Source: Podarcis muralis (taxonomy: Eukaryota). Taken from it: 64,000 bases of DNA. The notes under the pieces were generated by a model. It was not told the DNA's origin. It saw only the letters and a list, made by a program, of their open reading frames with translations, and made no database searches. Positions within the stretch are counted from its first letter, which is position 1. Each line of letters begins with the position of its first letter. Both the position numbers and the translations under genes were made by a program. Below are positions 1-11,104 of this stretch, piece by piece. The DNA is taken from contig NC_135667.1 of NCBI RefSeq assembly GCF_964188315.1, forward strand, positions 23,002,001-23,066,000, written 5' to 3'.

Positions 1-376
1 CCAAGGTGGCCACATTAAAAGCTATCAGTTCGGTGTGCCTTGCCACCTTCATTATCATTGGGACTGTCTGCAAGCTGACTTCTCCTCCCAACAACTCCCT
101 GCCATCGATCGTGGTCACCTGCAGGGGGTTGCTTAAAGGGATAGTCTGTATCTGGTGTTCAGCTGCAAACTCCTTGCTTATGAAATTGCAGGAGCTGCCT
201 GAGTCCAACAGCGCCTTTATCTTTAGGGGGTATCCGTTTTGCAGCTCTAGCGACACTTCAATCACTAGGGCAGGTTTAGGAGGTTCCGGTGTGGGCACTT
301 TTACTGCTCTTTGGCCTGGCTGCTGTGCCCCGATGGTGGCAACCAGGCGTTGGCTTTTACTTGCTCCGGTTTTTCC
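1..376 (-). CDS. Pol N-terminus (retropepsin protease), -1 frame relative to gag; partial
   Basis: My translation: ...VPTPEPPKPALVIEVSLELQNGYPLKIKALLDSGSSCNFISKEFAAEHQIQTIPLSNPLQVTTIDGRELLGGEV..., open to the window edge. The frame is closed upstream by TAG at 385-383. Confidence 0.85.
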
Positions 377-1315
377 TCCTCTCTACCCTCAACAGCTCCC
401 ACCATCCCTTGCCATTCCTTCCTCTGGGGGCAGACTCTGGCAAAGTGACCTGGCTGTTGGCAGAGATAGCATTTCCGGGTGCCTTTTCCCTCCTTCTTTC
501 CCCCTTCACTGGGCTTTGAAACTGCGTGCGCGCGCGCTGTTCCGATTTCCATCGGCTCTGCCGGCGGGAAAGTTGTCTCTGGAATGTCTGGAATGCGGAA
601 CTCCTTCCAACGTTCCCCCTTCCCTTCCCGCCTCTCCAAAGCTCTCGCCTCCTGGCGCGCTCCTATGGTCAGCACAGATTTGCTCAGCTGATCCATAGAA
701 TCTGCCCTGGGACCCCTGGCCAGTTCATCTTTCACACCCGAAGCCAGACCTTCTTCAAATAGCATCTGAATGGGTTCCGCCGATAAGTCCCACCCCAATC
801 TGTGAACCAGCATGGTGAACTCAGTCCAGTACTCACGGACAGATCGGCTCCCCTGTTTGCAAGCCATTAGCTGCCTGAGCACCACTCCCTGCTCAATATC
901 GCTGGAAAACATCAGATCCATGGCACGAAAGAACTTCATTGTGTCCTTTAGGACGGCACTATTCGTTGCCATCATGGGTCTCACCCAATCCCGCGCTCCC
1001 TTTTCAAGATGCCCAATCACGAAAGCCACTCGCGATTCCTCGTCAGGGAATTCATCAAACTGCACATTGAGGGCATATTGCATCTCTGTTCTAAAGGCAT
1101 GGTAGTCCTTGGGGTCCCCCCCCAAACTTCTGCACCAATCCTGGTACCTTTCTGGGGAACTGGGTGGCTTTTCCCCTTTTGTCTGCATCCTGAGCCCTTC
1201 TCTCCTCAAGCCTTGCCGTCTGCAGCGCCAGCTGGATCTCCAATGCCCGGTAGCTTTCCTCCAGGCTTGGCCCTGCTCCAACTCCTGCTTGCCCGGTTCC
1301 GGCTGGTTCGCTCAT
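301..1315 (-). CDS. Retrotransposon Gag (PEG10/Sushi-like capsid region plus CCHC zinc knuckle), split by a 1-nt frameshift
   Basis: ORF 1091-1315 (MSEPAG...VQKFGG) and ORF 301-1281 (...GGDPKDYHAFRTEMQ...CYLCQQPGHFARVC) join as KFGGDPKDY if the G8 run at 1116-1123 (minus strand) were G7. Confidence 0.8.
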
Positions 1316-1435
1316 GATGCCTTCTCCTGCACAAACAGCTTACAAAGACTGTCGGAATGCTGTGATGGGATGATGAGCTGCTTGTGCGTAAAATCGTAGT
1401 CCCTCAGAGTTTGTTCAAGCCCACAAACTTCTGTC

Positions 1436-1843
1436 TGTGACAGAGCCCCTCAGACATGACTGCTCTAGTCACTTGCAGATTCCAACAGTGGTTGCTTTCG
1501 GAATCGTTTCCAGCATAAAAGCTCCTTAACGGAAACACGTCTTCTGGACTCACGGCGTGACAGTTTCCGGCGAGGAGTGGGTCTCCCTATGGGAGCTTCA
1601 GATACCTCCCCACTGTTCTCGCTGGACGTGTCCCTGAGCCCTCCCTCCTGCTCGCTTTCCCTCAGAGATCCACCTCTCCCTCTGCTGGTTCCTGCTTCAG
1701 CTGCTGAGTCTCTCCCAGCCTGCGTGAGCCCCTCCACCAGAGATCCACCTCTCCCTCTGCTGGTTCCTGCTTCAGCTGCTGAGTCTCTCCCAGCCTGCGT
1801 GAGCCCTTCCACCACCGGTTCCTCCGATGGCAGTTCCCTGACA
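1436..1843 (-). repeat. Probable 5' LTR of the Gypsy element, with an internal 75-bp tandem duplication
   Basis: TGT...ACA termini on the minus strand (inner boundary uncertain). Direct repeat cagagatccacctctccc...gcgtgagccc at 1663-1737 and 1738-1808. Confidence 0.55.
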
Positions 1844-3177
1844 GGAAGTCTACAACATAAAAGTTTATAGAATAAAAGTTTTAAATTACAATCCTTGGGG
1901 GATCAATGTGAGGAACAGTGAAGAATAGGGGATTAAAAATCTTATCTGGACAAATCAACAAATAGTTTATTTTATCCTCAACCTGATTACATCCATAAAT
2001 GCATTTACATGCCCTATGAACTATTCCAAGGTATTTCCCTTCTAAGTACATTGAGGGCATCTGTTGAAACCCAAGTTCAACAAAGACCCTACATAATTGT
2101 GGAAAAGGAAGCATAGGATAGCAGCCCTGATCTATCAGAATGATGACACTATACTGTGTCTCTTCTGTAGAAGCTGCTTGAAACTTTGCATAGAATTTTT
2201 TTTGGGGGGGGGTGCTTTTCATGATTAGAGTAGCAGAAAAACAACCATGAAGCAAACACAAAGCTATAGCCTAACAGATATGTAACAGCCAGCTCCCAAG
2301 AGGTTCAACCTCCTCCTTGTACCAGCATGTAATAGATTCCAAACCATCCCAAAAAACTCCATTGATTCGGGGGGGGGGGGTGACATCCTTGGAGCTTTGT
2401 ATTAAATGATGCCACTTCAAAGGCCAAAAATACACTTAAGAAATTATAATCATTCCTATTATTGTCATAATTACTGTTCTCTGTCTTCTGACAAAATGGA
2501 CACCCAGAGCCTATACGAAAAATCAACAATGAGCCTATTTTCTAAAAAAACAAACCTATAAAACTCATTCAGAAGTTGATCTAGGGATATGTATGGTATA
2601 TTCCTTCTTTTGCATAACCACTTTCTCTTTAAATGTTGGGGGGGGGGGTGTCCACCAGATGATTCCACCATGATATTTAACAAAAAGAAGTATACTGTGA
2701 GTATCCCTGTTCCTCATACATTCTCCTGCTGGCCCAGTTTATTTTCTACTTCCTAGATTCTTACTGTGGAAAACTGAAGCTCATTGACCAATATAAAATA
2801 ACACACATGCCCTGTGATTTGCATAACATTATCTGTGGGAAATAAGCTAAGAATTCACAAGTTTACATTTTGGTGCCTTTGCTCACCAGAACAAAATTAC
2901 TAACACCTGACCTGCAGAGAAAAGTAGGAAGTTGTTTATAGATAAAAAACAAAAAATCTTCACTCATCCTTAGAGGATAAATGGAAGAGATAAAGAAGAC
3001 ACAATGTTAAAGCGAAATTACTGACAAGAGACAAAATGAAATAAAGTAGCAGGATACTGGCACACAGATTCCCTAAACTGCCATGCTGTAAATCTGTGTA
3101 GCAACAATATCATCCACCATTCACTGAAGGCTGTAGGAAAGCTGAAAACAGCCAGACTGAATACTGCAATTGGAATC

Positions 3178-6100
3178 ATGGGGACACAGCTTTTGAAGGG
3201 ACATGTTACCAACAGGATCTTGCTGGTGGTGATGTTGCTGCTTATATTACTGTGTCATACAGTATGCAAGATACATTCTATTAATTGCAGTATATATGAT
3301 GATCCCCTGCCTATTCCCCATGAATTTTTCCAGCCAGGGGACCTTGTCATCGGTGGGATTGTTTCTCAAATATTCTTTCTTTATGATAGCCTCTCTTTCC
3401 TGGAACAGCGCACACAGACCATCACTGATGAACCAGTGTAAGACCTTACTGCTTCCCTCTCTCACTTTGTAATATGTTCAGTTCATAATTACTGAGAATG
3501 TGTTAGTGTGATAAATGTGGTTTCCCAGTAACAGTTGGAAATTGTTGATAGATATGTTACATTCTACATTATATTGTGGTTCACAGACCATTAATAAGCT
3601 TGCCTCCATGACCCCATTGATGTGACAAAAGCAAAAAACCAAGCACATCATGCTGAAGCCCCATTGCTTCGGCTGGTGGTTGCTGCTGCTTCTGTGGGAA
3701 ACAGGAGGGAGTACAATATGTGCAGAGAGTAATTTATTCATATTGAACATTTGGATATATCGTTTGTGATAGAACATATGATGCTTATAGTTGTGCATTT
3801 CAATATTATATTTTATAATTTTAAGCTACAATACCCCTCAGTCTAACACACTTAGTTAACTGAAGATGATGTGTTGAAATGCTGTCTTATTGTCGCTCCA
3901 GCACTTATTTTATTAATCAGACTTCAACTCTGATTACAGTTCAGTGCCTAAGAACTACCAGCACATCCTGGCCTTTGCATTTGCTGTCAAAGAGATCAAT
4001 GAGAATCCCAACATCTTACCAAATATCTCTCTGGGACTCCACATCCTCAATAGCTACTACACTGCAAGGATGACCTATAAAGCTATCTTAAGCCTTCTGT
4101 CAACACGACATAGGTTTGTCCCCAACTTCAAGTGTGACAACCAGAACAATCTGATAGCTCTCATTGGAGGGTGCATCTCTGAAATCTCTGCCAATATGGC
4201 CATCATTTCAGCAACCCACAAGACCCCACAGGTAAGCTTTGTTTATGAGTGTATGGAGCTCTCACAACTCTTGTACACAATCTTGATCTCAGCAACCCTT
4301 TCAATATATTTCCCATGAGCATTTTCCTGTGGACTTCTCCTAATACACATGCTTGGTTGCAAAGTTCCCCAATGTAAACTATTTTGCAAAACATATTCTC
4401 TTCTGTAACACATTTTTATATATTATTTTCACTATTGTATGCATTTTAGTGCATACAATACCTTTGCATATGCATTTTACCCCATATCACTCAGCTAGAC
4501 ATTTTCATTGCTAAAAATGAATGGCAAATTTCAAAGGATCGCTTTGTTTTTTGTTCTCAGGTTGTTTTGAACATGAGCATTATGTAGGTCCTTGCTTAAA
4601 TGCGAACTGAATTTTATTTCTCCTATTTCCCTACTTATTCCCAATACTACAGAGAAGTTACTCTAAATCTCATTTGACTTTGTCAATACTATGGCCAGGT
4701 TTTGTGACATTTTATGTAACATGAGAAATGGCCTCCTGAAGACCACAGACTTGGTGGAAGCCTAATGTCTTTCCCAATGCAGCCAGCTTCAGTCTGGATC
4801 ACTGTTGTGTGGTCTGCTATTACAACTCAAGCTAGCAGGAGTGATAATTGATGTGAGAGCTCTAGCAGCATGGCGGCAGTGTTCCATGGCCTTTCAGGGC
4901 ACCATCCTAAACAAAGAGTGCTCTGCCAAGTTCAGGTGAGGTTCATTTGGCATGGTAAAAGGCAGACATGAATGCAGCAGTAAATGAAATATTTAGAAGA
5001 AGAGACATGTTGCCTGAGACAAATGATTCCTGATGATACCAATCACTGGGAGATCCTCATAGTCTTCAAGGAGACATACAGGACCTCCTACAAGTGTATG
5101 GTTTAAATTTCTCTTCTCTTCTTATACTTTTCATTTCAGCTCACATATGGATCATTTTTGCCACTACAAGGTGCCCAAAGTTTATTCCCATTTCTATACC
5201 AGATGGTGCCCAATGAAGCCTACCAGCACATGGGTGTTGTGCGGTTACTTCAGCATTTCAGATGGACTTGGATTGGGCTTGGGGCTGTAGATGATGATCG
5301 AGGAGACAGATTTTTACACACAATGATGCCATTGCTTTCCATTCATGGTATCTGTTATGCCTTTGTCACAAGAATACCCAAATGGAATTATGTGGAAGAG
5401 ATGATAGACTTTGCTTTGCAGCATTTTGAAACCTATGCAAAAATCTTTGAGAGAAAGTCCAGTAAGGGAAATCCCAGTGTATTCTTTATTTATGGGGAGC
5501 CTCCATCTTTTCAGGTTTTGAGAATGCTGCTGTTTTCTGCACCTTTCTTCTCAATGCCACCTCTGAATAAAGTATGGATTGTTACATCCCATTGGGATTT
5601 TGCATCACACTCTGTTCAGAAGAATTGGGATATGCAAGCCTTTCATGGTTCTTTATCCTTCACAGTTCACTCAAATCAGTTATTAGATTTCCATAAGTTC
5701 ATTCACAAGTTAAGGCCATCATGGGCAAAAGGTGATGGTTTCATCCAGTTCTTCTGGGAACAGGCCTTCAGCTGCTCATTCAAACTCTCTAAAGAACAGC
5801 AAGAGGAGGAAAACAAGAAAGCTTGCACTGGGGATGAGAAGCTGGAGGGCCTTCCTGGAATTTTGTTTGAAATGGACATGACTGGCCACAGCTACAATAT
5901 CTACAATGCTGTCTACATTGTGGCACATGCTTTGCATGCCATAAAGAAAAGGATCTCCAAGAGTAGAAGGATTATGGAAGGGGGAAAACTGGCATTTCCA
6001 AACGTGCAATCCTGGCAGGTAATAGCGATTCAGCTTTTAGTCCAGACGTAAAAGGAGCTGTAAATTTGCATAATTCATTTCTAGCAACATTTTGTTTGGT

Positions 6101-9100
6101 GGCCTTCTTGTTTTGTTTTGAATAAGCACTGCCAGATATGTTATATAATTGTGCTAATATAGAGTTATTTAATGAGAATGACTTACTGTTGAAAAATTAG
6201 TAAGGCCTCCGTGAAGTCCATTGAATAAATTTCAAGACCTAGTGACATCTCTGCACATATTCTCTTTAAAAGGTGCATTCCTTTCTAAGGCACATCGCGT
6301 TCAATAACAGTGTGGGAGATTCTGTGCACTTTGATGACAACGGAGAATTAGTTGCATGTTTTGATGTAACAAACTGGTTGATTTTTCCCAATGGCTCACT
6401 GGTTAGAGCAAAAGTTGGAAGACTGGATTCTCATGCTCCTTTAGGAAAAGAGTTAAGAATAAATGATGACCAAATTCTATGGCATCCAAGTTTTAACCAG
6501 GTAAGATAGGTTATATAACTTTTATGTATATAAAGCTGTGAACATTTGAGTCTCTAAATGAGAAGAATATTAATCCAAAACTGTATGTAATGTACATATT
6601 TGTGAAATAAATGTAGAATAGGAGAATTCTTTGGAAGGGGAAGTAACAGAAGAAGAAGAATGCAAAGAATCTGTCATCCAAAGGATCCAGCAATCCTCTC
6701 TTTCCCTATTTCATTTCAAGCTGGAAGAGGATTCTGGTGTTTTTTAAATCTTGACTCCTATTTGTTGCAGGCACTTACAAAGATCTCAAACAGCTCAGCT
6801 TCATTTTTATTACAACTGGCACTCGTAATGTCAGGGTCATCAGCCCACAATATGGGGATCAGCAATTCTCTACTTATTCTTAGGTTATTAATCCCCTGAT
6901 GAATTTATGATTGTGTGGTGAAGAATGTGGAAATGAGCCTGTTCGCTCTTACACTGCAACACTGCTGACATGAGCAGAAATTCAATAGAGAAGGGTCTGT
7001 ACTTCAGACTATAGATTTGCAACATATAGAAGCTGGTGACAAAGGGTAAGAAGTACATGACAGAGGCAATTGAGCCTAATGGGTTTTCCTCACTCTCGGG
7101 GGAATATCCGAGGAGGTACAGTCAGTCAGGGAAAACAGGGGAATGGCGGATGAAATAGGGGAGGAGAAGGCAGAGAGAAGTCAAGCGGTGTCAGGGCTCT
7201 GCAATGCTGGAGAGCCCTACCACCAACCAGGGAGTCAGGAACAAAAGGGGAAGCGGTGTCTTCGGCACACGCGAGGAGAGAGTAAAAACGCAGAGATCAA
7301 AGAAGTCTCGCGAGATTCCCACATATGCTGTGTTGGAGAAGGAGCCGAAGGAAGCCACTCCCCGAATCTGACTCCTCGGATGCAGAAGCATGATTCGGAA
7401 CTGTTGCTGTTTGTACATATGTAAATAAAGAACTGTAAATATCTCTCTAAGTGAGCAGAGGGTGTTTATTGCGAAGAGCAGACACCACCATGACACTCTT
7501 CCCCACACTTGATTCAAATCAGATGGGAAGTGAATGATGGAAGAGGAAAAAAATATCTTATTGCTAATCTCCGTGTTATTATTATGTATAGGTGTTGCCT
7601 ATTTCTGTGTGCAATGACAACTGCCAACCTGGCTACAGCAGGAAAAAGAAGGAGGGAGAAAAATTTTGCTGCTATGATTGTGCTCCATGTGCAGAAGGGA
7701 TGATCTCTAAGCAGAAAGGTAGGAGATATAATATGAAAAACATCATATGGAAGGATGCCTTGACACTTAAGGCACATATAGCTACTACTTTGATGAAACT
7801 AAGCAGTTCTAGGTCTGATCAGTATCTGAATGGGAGACAGACCAGGGACCCAATATATACAACCTTGCATTCCACAGTGGAATAAAAATGGGATATAAAT
7901 GTAAGAAAATATTTAAAAATTCATATTAAATTTGTTGCAGTGGGACGGGGGGACATCCCCTCACAGTTTATTGTTGGTTTTACAGCTCCTTGGGTGAGGG
8001 GGAGCATATAAATGTAAAAATAAAATAAATAAATAAATAAATAAATAATAAATAAATGCAAATCTAAGGTACCATAAAATAACCAGAGAAATGTGATAAT
8101 ACAAATGCCCATCAATATTATAGGAGGCAAAATGGACCCTATTTGCCAGGGAGTTCCATAACTGCTGAGACCATCTCCTGGGTCCCAGCTAATCATATCA
8201 CTGAAAAGTCCAGCAAATCTTAATGTATGGATATATTAGGAGAACTTCATCAGTAGTCAAACTGTGAAAAGTAGAGAGCCTTATGATGAAGCAATTAGCA
8301 CGCAGCGGCCAAGAAACTCTTAGTGTTTTCATATTTCATATTAACTTCCAAAATGAAATACACAGTGCTTGTAGAAGTGCCTCCCATGCTATTTGTTTCC
8401 CGACTCAAATAGTTAGGCTATCCCAGCCCAGGTAAGGGTGCAGCTGGGTCACCAGCCAAACCTTATGGAATGCACTCCAAGCCACTGAACCCATCTGAGC
8501 CTAGAGAAATAGCAAAGGAACCAGAAGTACCCCCAAGCTGTGAACCATTCCTTCAAAGAGAGTGCAAACAGTGTGACTGCTCATCTCCCCTACCCTGATG
8601 GTAAGAAGATGAGCAGTAATTCCTTGTAGAATGCCCTGGCTCATCCCACGTTCCATGAGAGGGGACATTCCACCAGTGGTGTGGAATGATGGTGTGGTCG
8701 GGGCGACTCTCTCCCATTTTGCCTCAGGTGGCAAAAGGCCATGGGACAACCCTGGGCTGTTTTGTAATCTGAGTTTGGCACATTCCTGTTCCAATCCTAT
8801 TTCTTTCTCATTGTATACCGACTGTCTTCTGTAATCAGAAGAGAACTCAAGGCAATGTAAATAGAGATTCCAAACAGTCTACTATCCAGTGAGAAAGTTG
8901 AATCAGTCATCAGTCACCTCAACAGGATGATTATGCATTGTACCTTCAGACCATACCCTATAAGAATAATACTACCCATAATAGCAACAAATTATTAATA
9001 GAATGAAAAGAAAAATAACAATAATGATACATTTCATATGAAAATTGCTTCTTTGGTCTTTAAAAGTGAATTCATTGTAAGTTTCTAACGCTGTCAGATA

Positions 9101-10204
9101 AGTGAGTATCATCATTATTCTCAAAGCACAGCATAGATGGTTGAGAACTTCCATATGACATTCTTTGCTTGAGATGAAATTAAAATAAAGAATTTTGATA
9201 TTAAGGGACCCCTTTTTCCTAGAAATTCATTCTCACTGATCACCCTTTTAAATAGGTGATCAACTTCTGGAAGTATTTAAAGGAGCTCTTTACTATTTTC
9301 AGATATGGATGCCTGTGTCAAATGTCCAGAAGACCAGTATCCCAATATGGACCAAACTCAATGCATCCCCAAAGCTGTAAACTACCTCTCTTACAAGGAA
9401 ACATTAGGGATTACTTTAGCTATCTTAGCCATTTCCTTCTCCTTTATCACAACTTTCATACTTGGAATTTTCGTGAAGCACAAGGACACTCCCATAGTCA
9501 AAGCTAACAACAGGACCCTCACCTACATCCTTCTCATCGCTCTCCTTCTTTGCTTCCTCTGCTCCTTACTTTTCATTGGACAGCCTGGAAAGGTCATCTG
9601 CCTTCTCCGACAAACAGCCTTTGGCATCATGTTCTCTGTTGCCCTTTCCAGCACTTTGGCAAAAACCATCACCGTGGTTCTGGCATTCATGGCAACACAG
9701 CCAGGATCCAGAATCAGAAAATGGGTGGGGAAGAGAATGGCAAATTCCATTGTCCTCTCCGGCTCCTTTCTTCAAGCTGGCATTTGTTCTCTTTGGTTAT
9801 GTACTTTCCCTCCATTCCCAGATATGGACATGCACTCAGTGACAGGAGAAATGCTACTGGAATGTAATGAGGGCTCAGCTATCATGTTCTACTGTGTCAT
9901 AGGCTACATGGGTTCCTTGGCCATTGTCAGCTTCATTTTGGCTTTCCTAGCCAGGAAGTTGCCGGACAATTTCAATGAGGCCAAATTTATCACTTTCAGC
10001 ATGTTGGTGTTTTGCAGTGTCTGGCTGACTTTTGTTCCAACCTACTTGAGCACCAAAGGAAAATACATGGTGGCTGTGGAGATCTTCTCCATCTTAGCAT
10101 CCAATGCTGGCTTACTGGGTTGCATCTTTTTCCCTAAATGCTACATCATTGTACTGAGGCCTGAACTCAATAAGAAGGAGCAACTCATAAGGAAAACCAA
10201 ATGA
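3178..10204 (+). CDS. Vmn2r26-like: Vomeronasal type-2 receptor (V2R, class C GPCR), gene 1, intact, 895 aa
   Basis: Exons 3178-3437, 3940-4231, 5140-6018, 6273-6500, 7592-7718, 9303-10204; all GT-AG, with phases 2,0,0,0,1 keeping the frame. Motifs: signal peptide, [74 protein letters not shown]. The symbol is a family label, not an orthology claim. Confidence 0.95.
7097..7495 (+). mobile_element. Probable solo LTR (Gypsy-like) in gene 1 intron 4
   Basis: About 400 bp absent from the matching intron-4 position of genes 2 and 3. Contains gtaaataaagaactgtaaata (polyA-signal region) and ends TGACA. Flanked by ctct/ctct; the 5' TG is not preserved. Confidence 0.55.
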
Positions 10205-10241
10205 AACATATATGAGAAAATTGTAGCTTAGAGAATTAAGG

Positions 10242-10601
10242 TAAAGGTAAAGGTACCCCTGCCCGTACGGGCCAGTCTTGACAGACTCTAGGGTTGTGCG
10301 CCCATCTCACTCAAGAGGCCGGGGGCCAGCGCTGTCCGGAGACACTTCCGGGTCACGTGGCTAGCGTGACAAAGCTGCATCTGGCGAGCCAGAGCCGCAC
10401 ACAGAAACGCCGTTTACCTTCCCGCTACTAAGCGGTCCCTATTTATCTACTTGCACCCGGGGGTGCTTTTGAACTGCTAGGTTGGCAGGCGCTGGGACCG
10501 AACAACGGGAGCGCACCCCGCCGCGGGGATTCGAACCGCCGACCTTTCGATCGGCAAGCCCTAGGCGCTGAGGCTTTTACCCACAGCGCCACCCGCGTCC
10601 C
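10242..10601 (-). mobile_element. Sauria SINE (tRNA-derived head, Bov-B-like TTTACC tail)
   Basis: Reverse of GGGACGCGGGTGGCGCTGTGGGTAAAAGCC...TACCTTTACCTTTA; 18-bp TSD tagcttagagaattaagg at 10224-10241 and 10602-10619. Confidence 0.9.
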
Positions 10602-10637
10602 TAGCTTAGAGAATTAAGGCTTGATTAAGGAAACATT

Positions 10638-11005
10638 GTGGGATGCCGGTGGCGCTGTGGGTAAAACCTCAGTGCCTAGGACTTGCTGATCGTATGGTCG
10701 GCGGTTCAAATCCCCACGGCGGGGTGAGCTCCCGTCTTTCGGTCCCAGCTCCTGCCCACCTAGCAGTTCGAAAGCACCCCTAAGTGCAAGTAGATAAATA
10801 GGTACCGCTTTATAGCGGGAAGGTACACGGCGTTTTCGTGTGCTGTGCTGGTGCTGGCTCGCCAGAGCAGCTTCATCACGCTGGCCGCGTGACCCGGAAG
10901 TGTCTGCGGACAGCGCTGGCTCCCGGCCTCTTAAGTGAGATGAGTGCACAACCCTAGAGTCGGACATGACTGGCCCGTACGGGCAGGGGTACCTTTAACT
11001 TTACC
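10638..11005 (+). mobile_element. Sauria SINE
   Basis: GGGATGCCGGTGGCGCTGTGGGTAAAAC...TACCTTTAACTTTACC; 12-bp TSD taaggaaacatt at 10626-10637 and 11006-11017. Confidence 0.9.
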
Positions 11006-11104
11006 TAAGGAAACATTAAGGAAATTCTTGCAACTTCAGTGAAGATGGATGCATCACACTTCAGGTTCGCTTCATACCTATATTCTGCAGTCATAAGCCA
11101 CACC

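Larger units (their letters stand above)
1..1843 (-). mobile_element. Ty3/Gypsy-type LTR retrotransposon, 5' part (LTR, gag, start of pol); continues left of the window
   Basis: Minus-strand gag with zinc knuckle CYLCQQPGHFARVC, followed in the -1 frame by an aspartic protease motif (KALLDSGSSCNFIS). The element starts TGTCAGGG at 1843 on the minus strand; host sequence homologous to 39870-39900 resumes at 1844. Confidence 0.9.

Noticed and set aside
6-698. 230-aa plus-strand ORF and other plus-strand ORFs over the Gypsy element
   Set aside because: Antisense shadows of gag/pol with no recognisable motif.
301-1315. Domesticated gag gene (PEG10/RTL-like)
   Set aside because: It sits within an LTR-bounded element with a downstream protease and interrupts a duplicated V2R spacer; an ordinary retrotransposon explains it.
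1881-2261. 126-aa minus-strand ORF repeated at 39910-40293, looking like a conserved small gene
   Set aside because: It lies in a recently duplicated spacer; the third copy near 11480-12540 is interrupted; non-ATG start, no domain or splice support.
9523-9867. Recurrent overlapping ORFs on both strands of exon 6 (also at about 26900 and 38000)
   Set aside because: A by-product of paralogous 7TM coding sequence; no independent evidence.
10242-11005. tRNA genes or a structured ncRNA
   Set aside because: The tRNA-like heads belong to SINEs with tails and TSDs; no complete cloverleaf.
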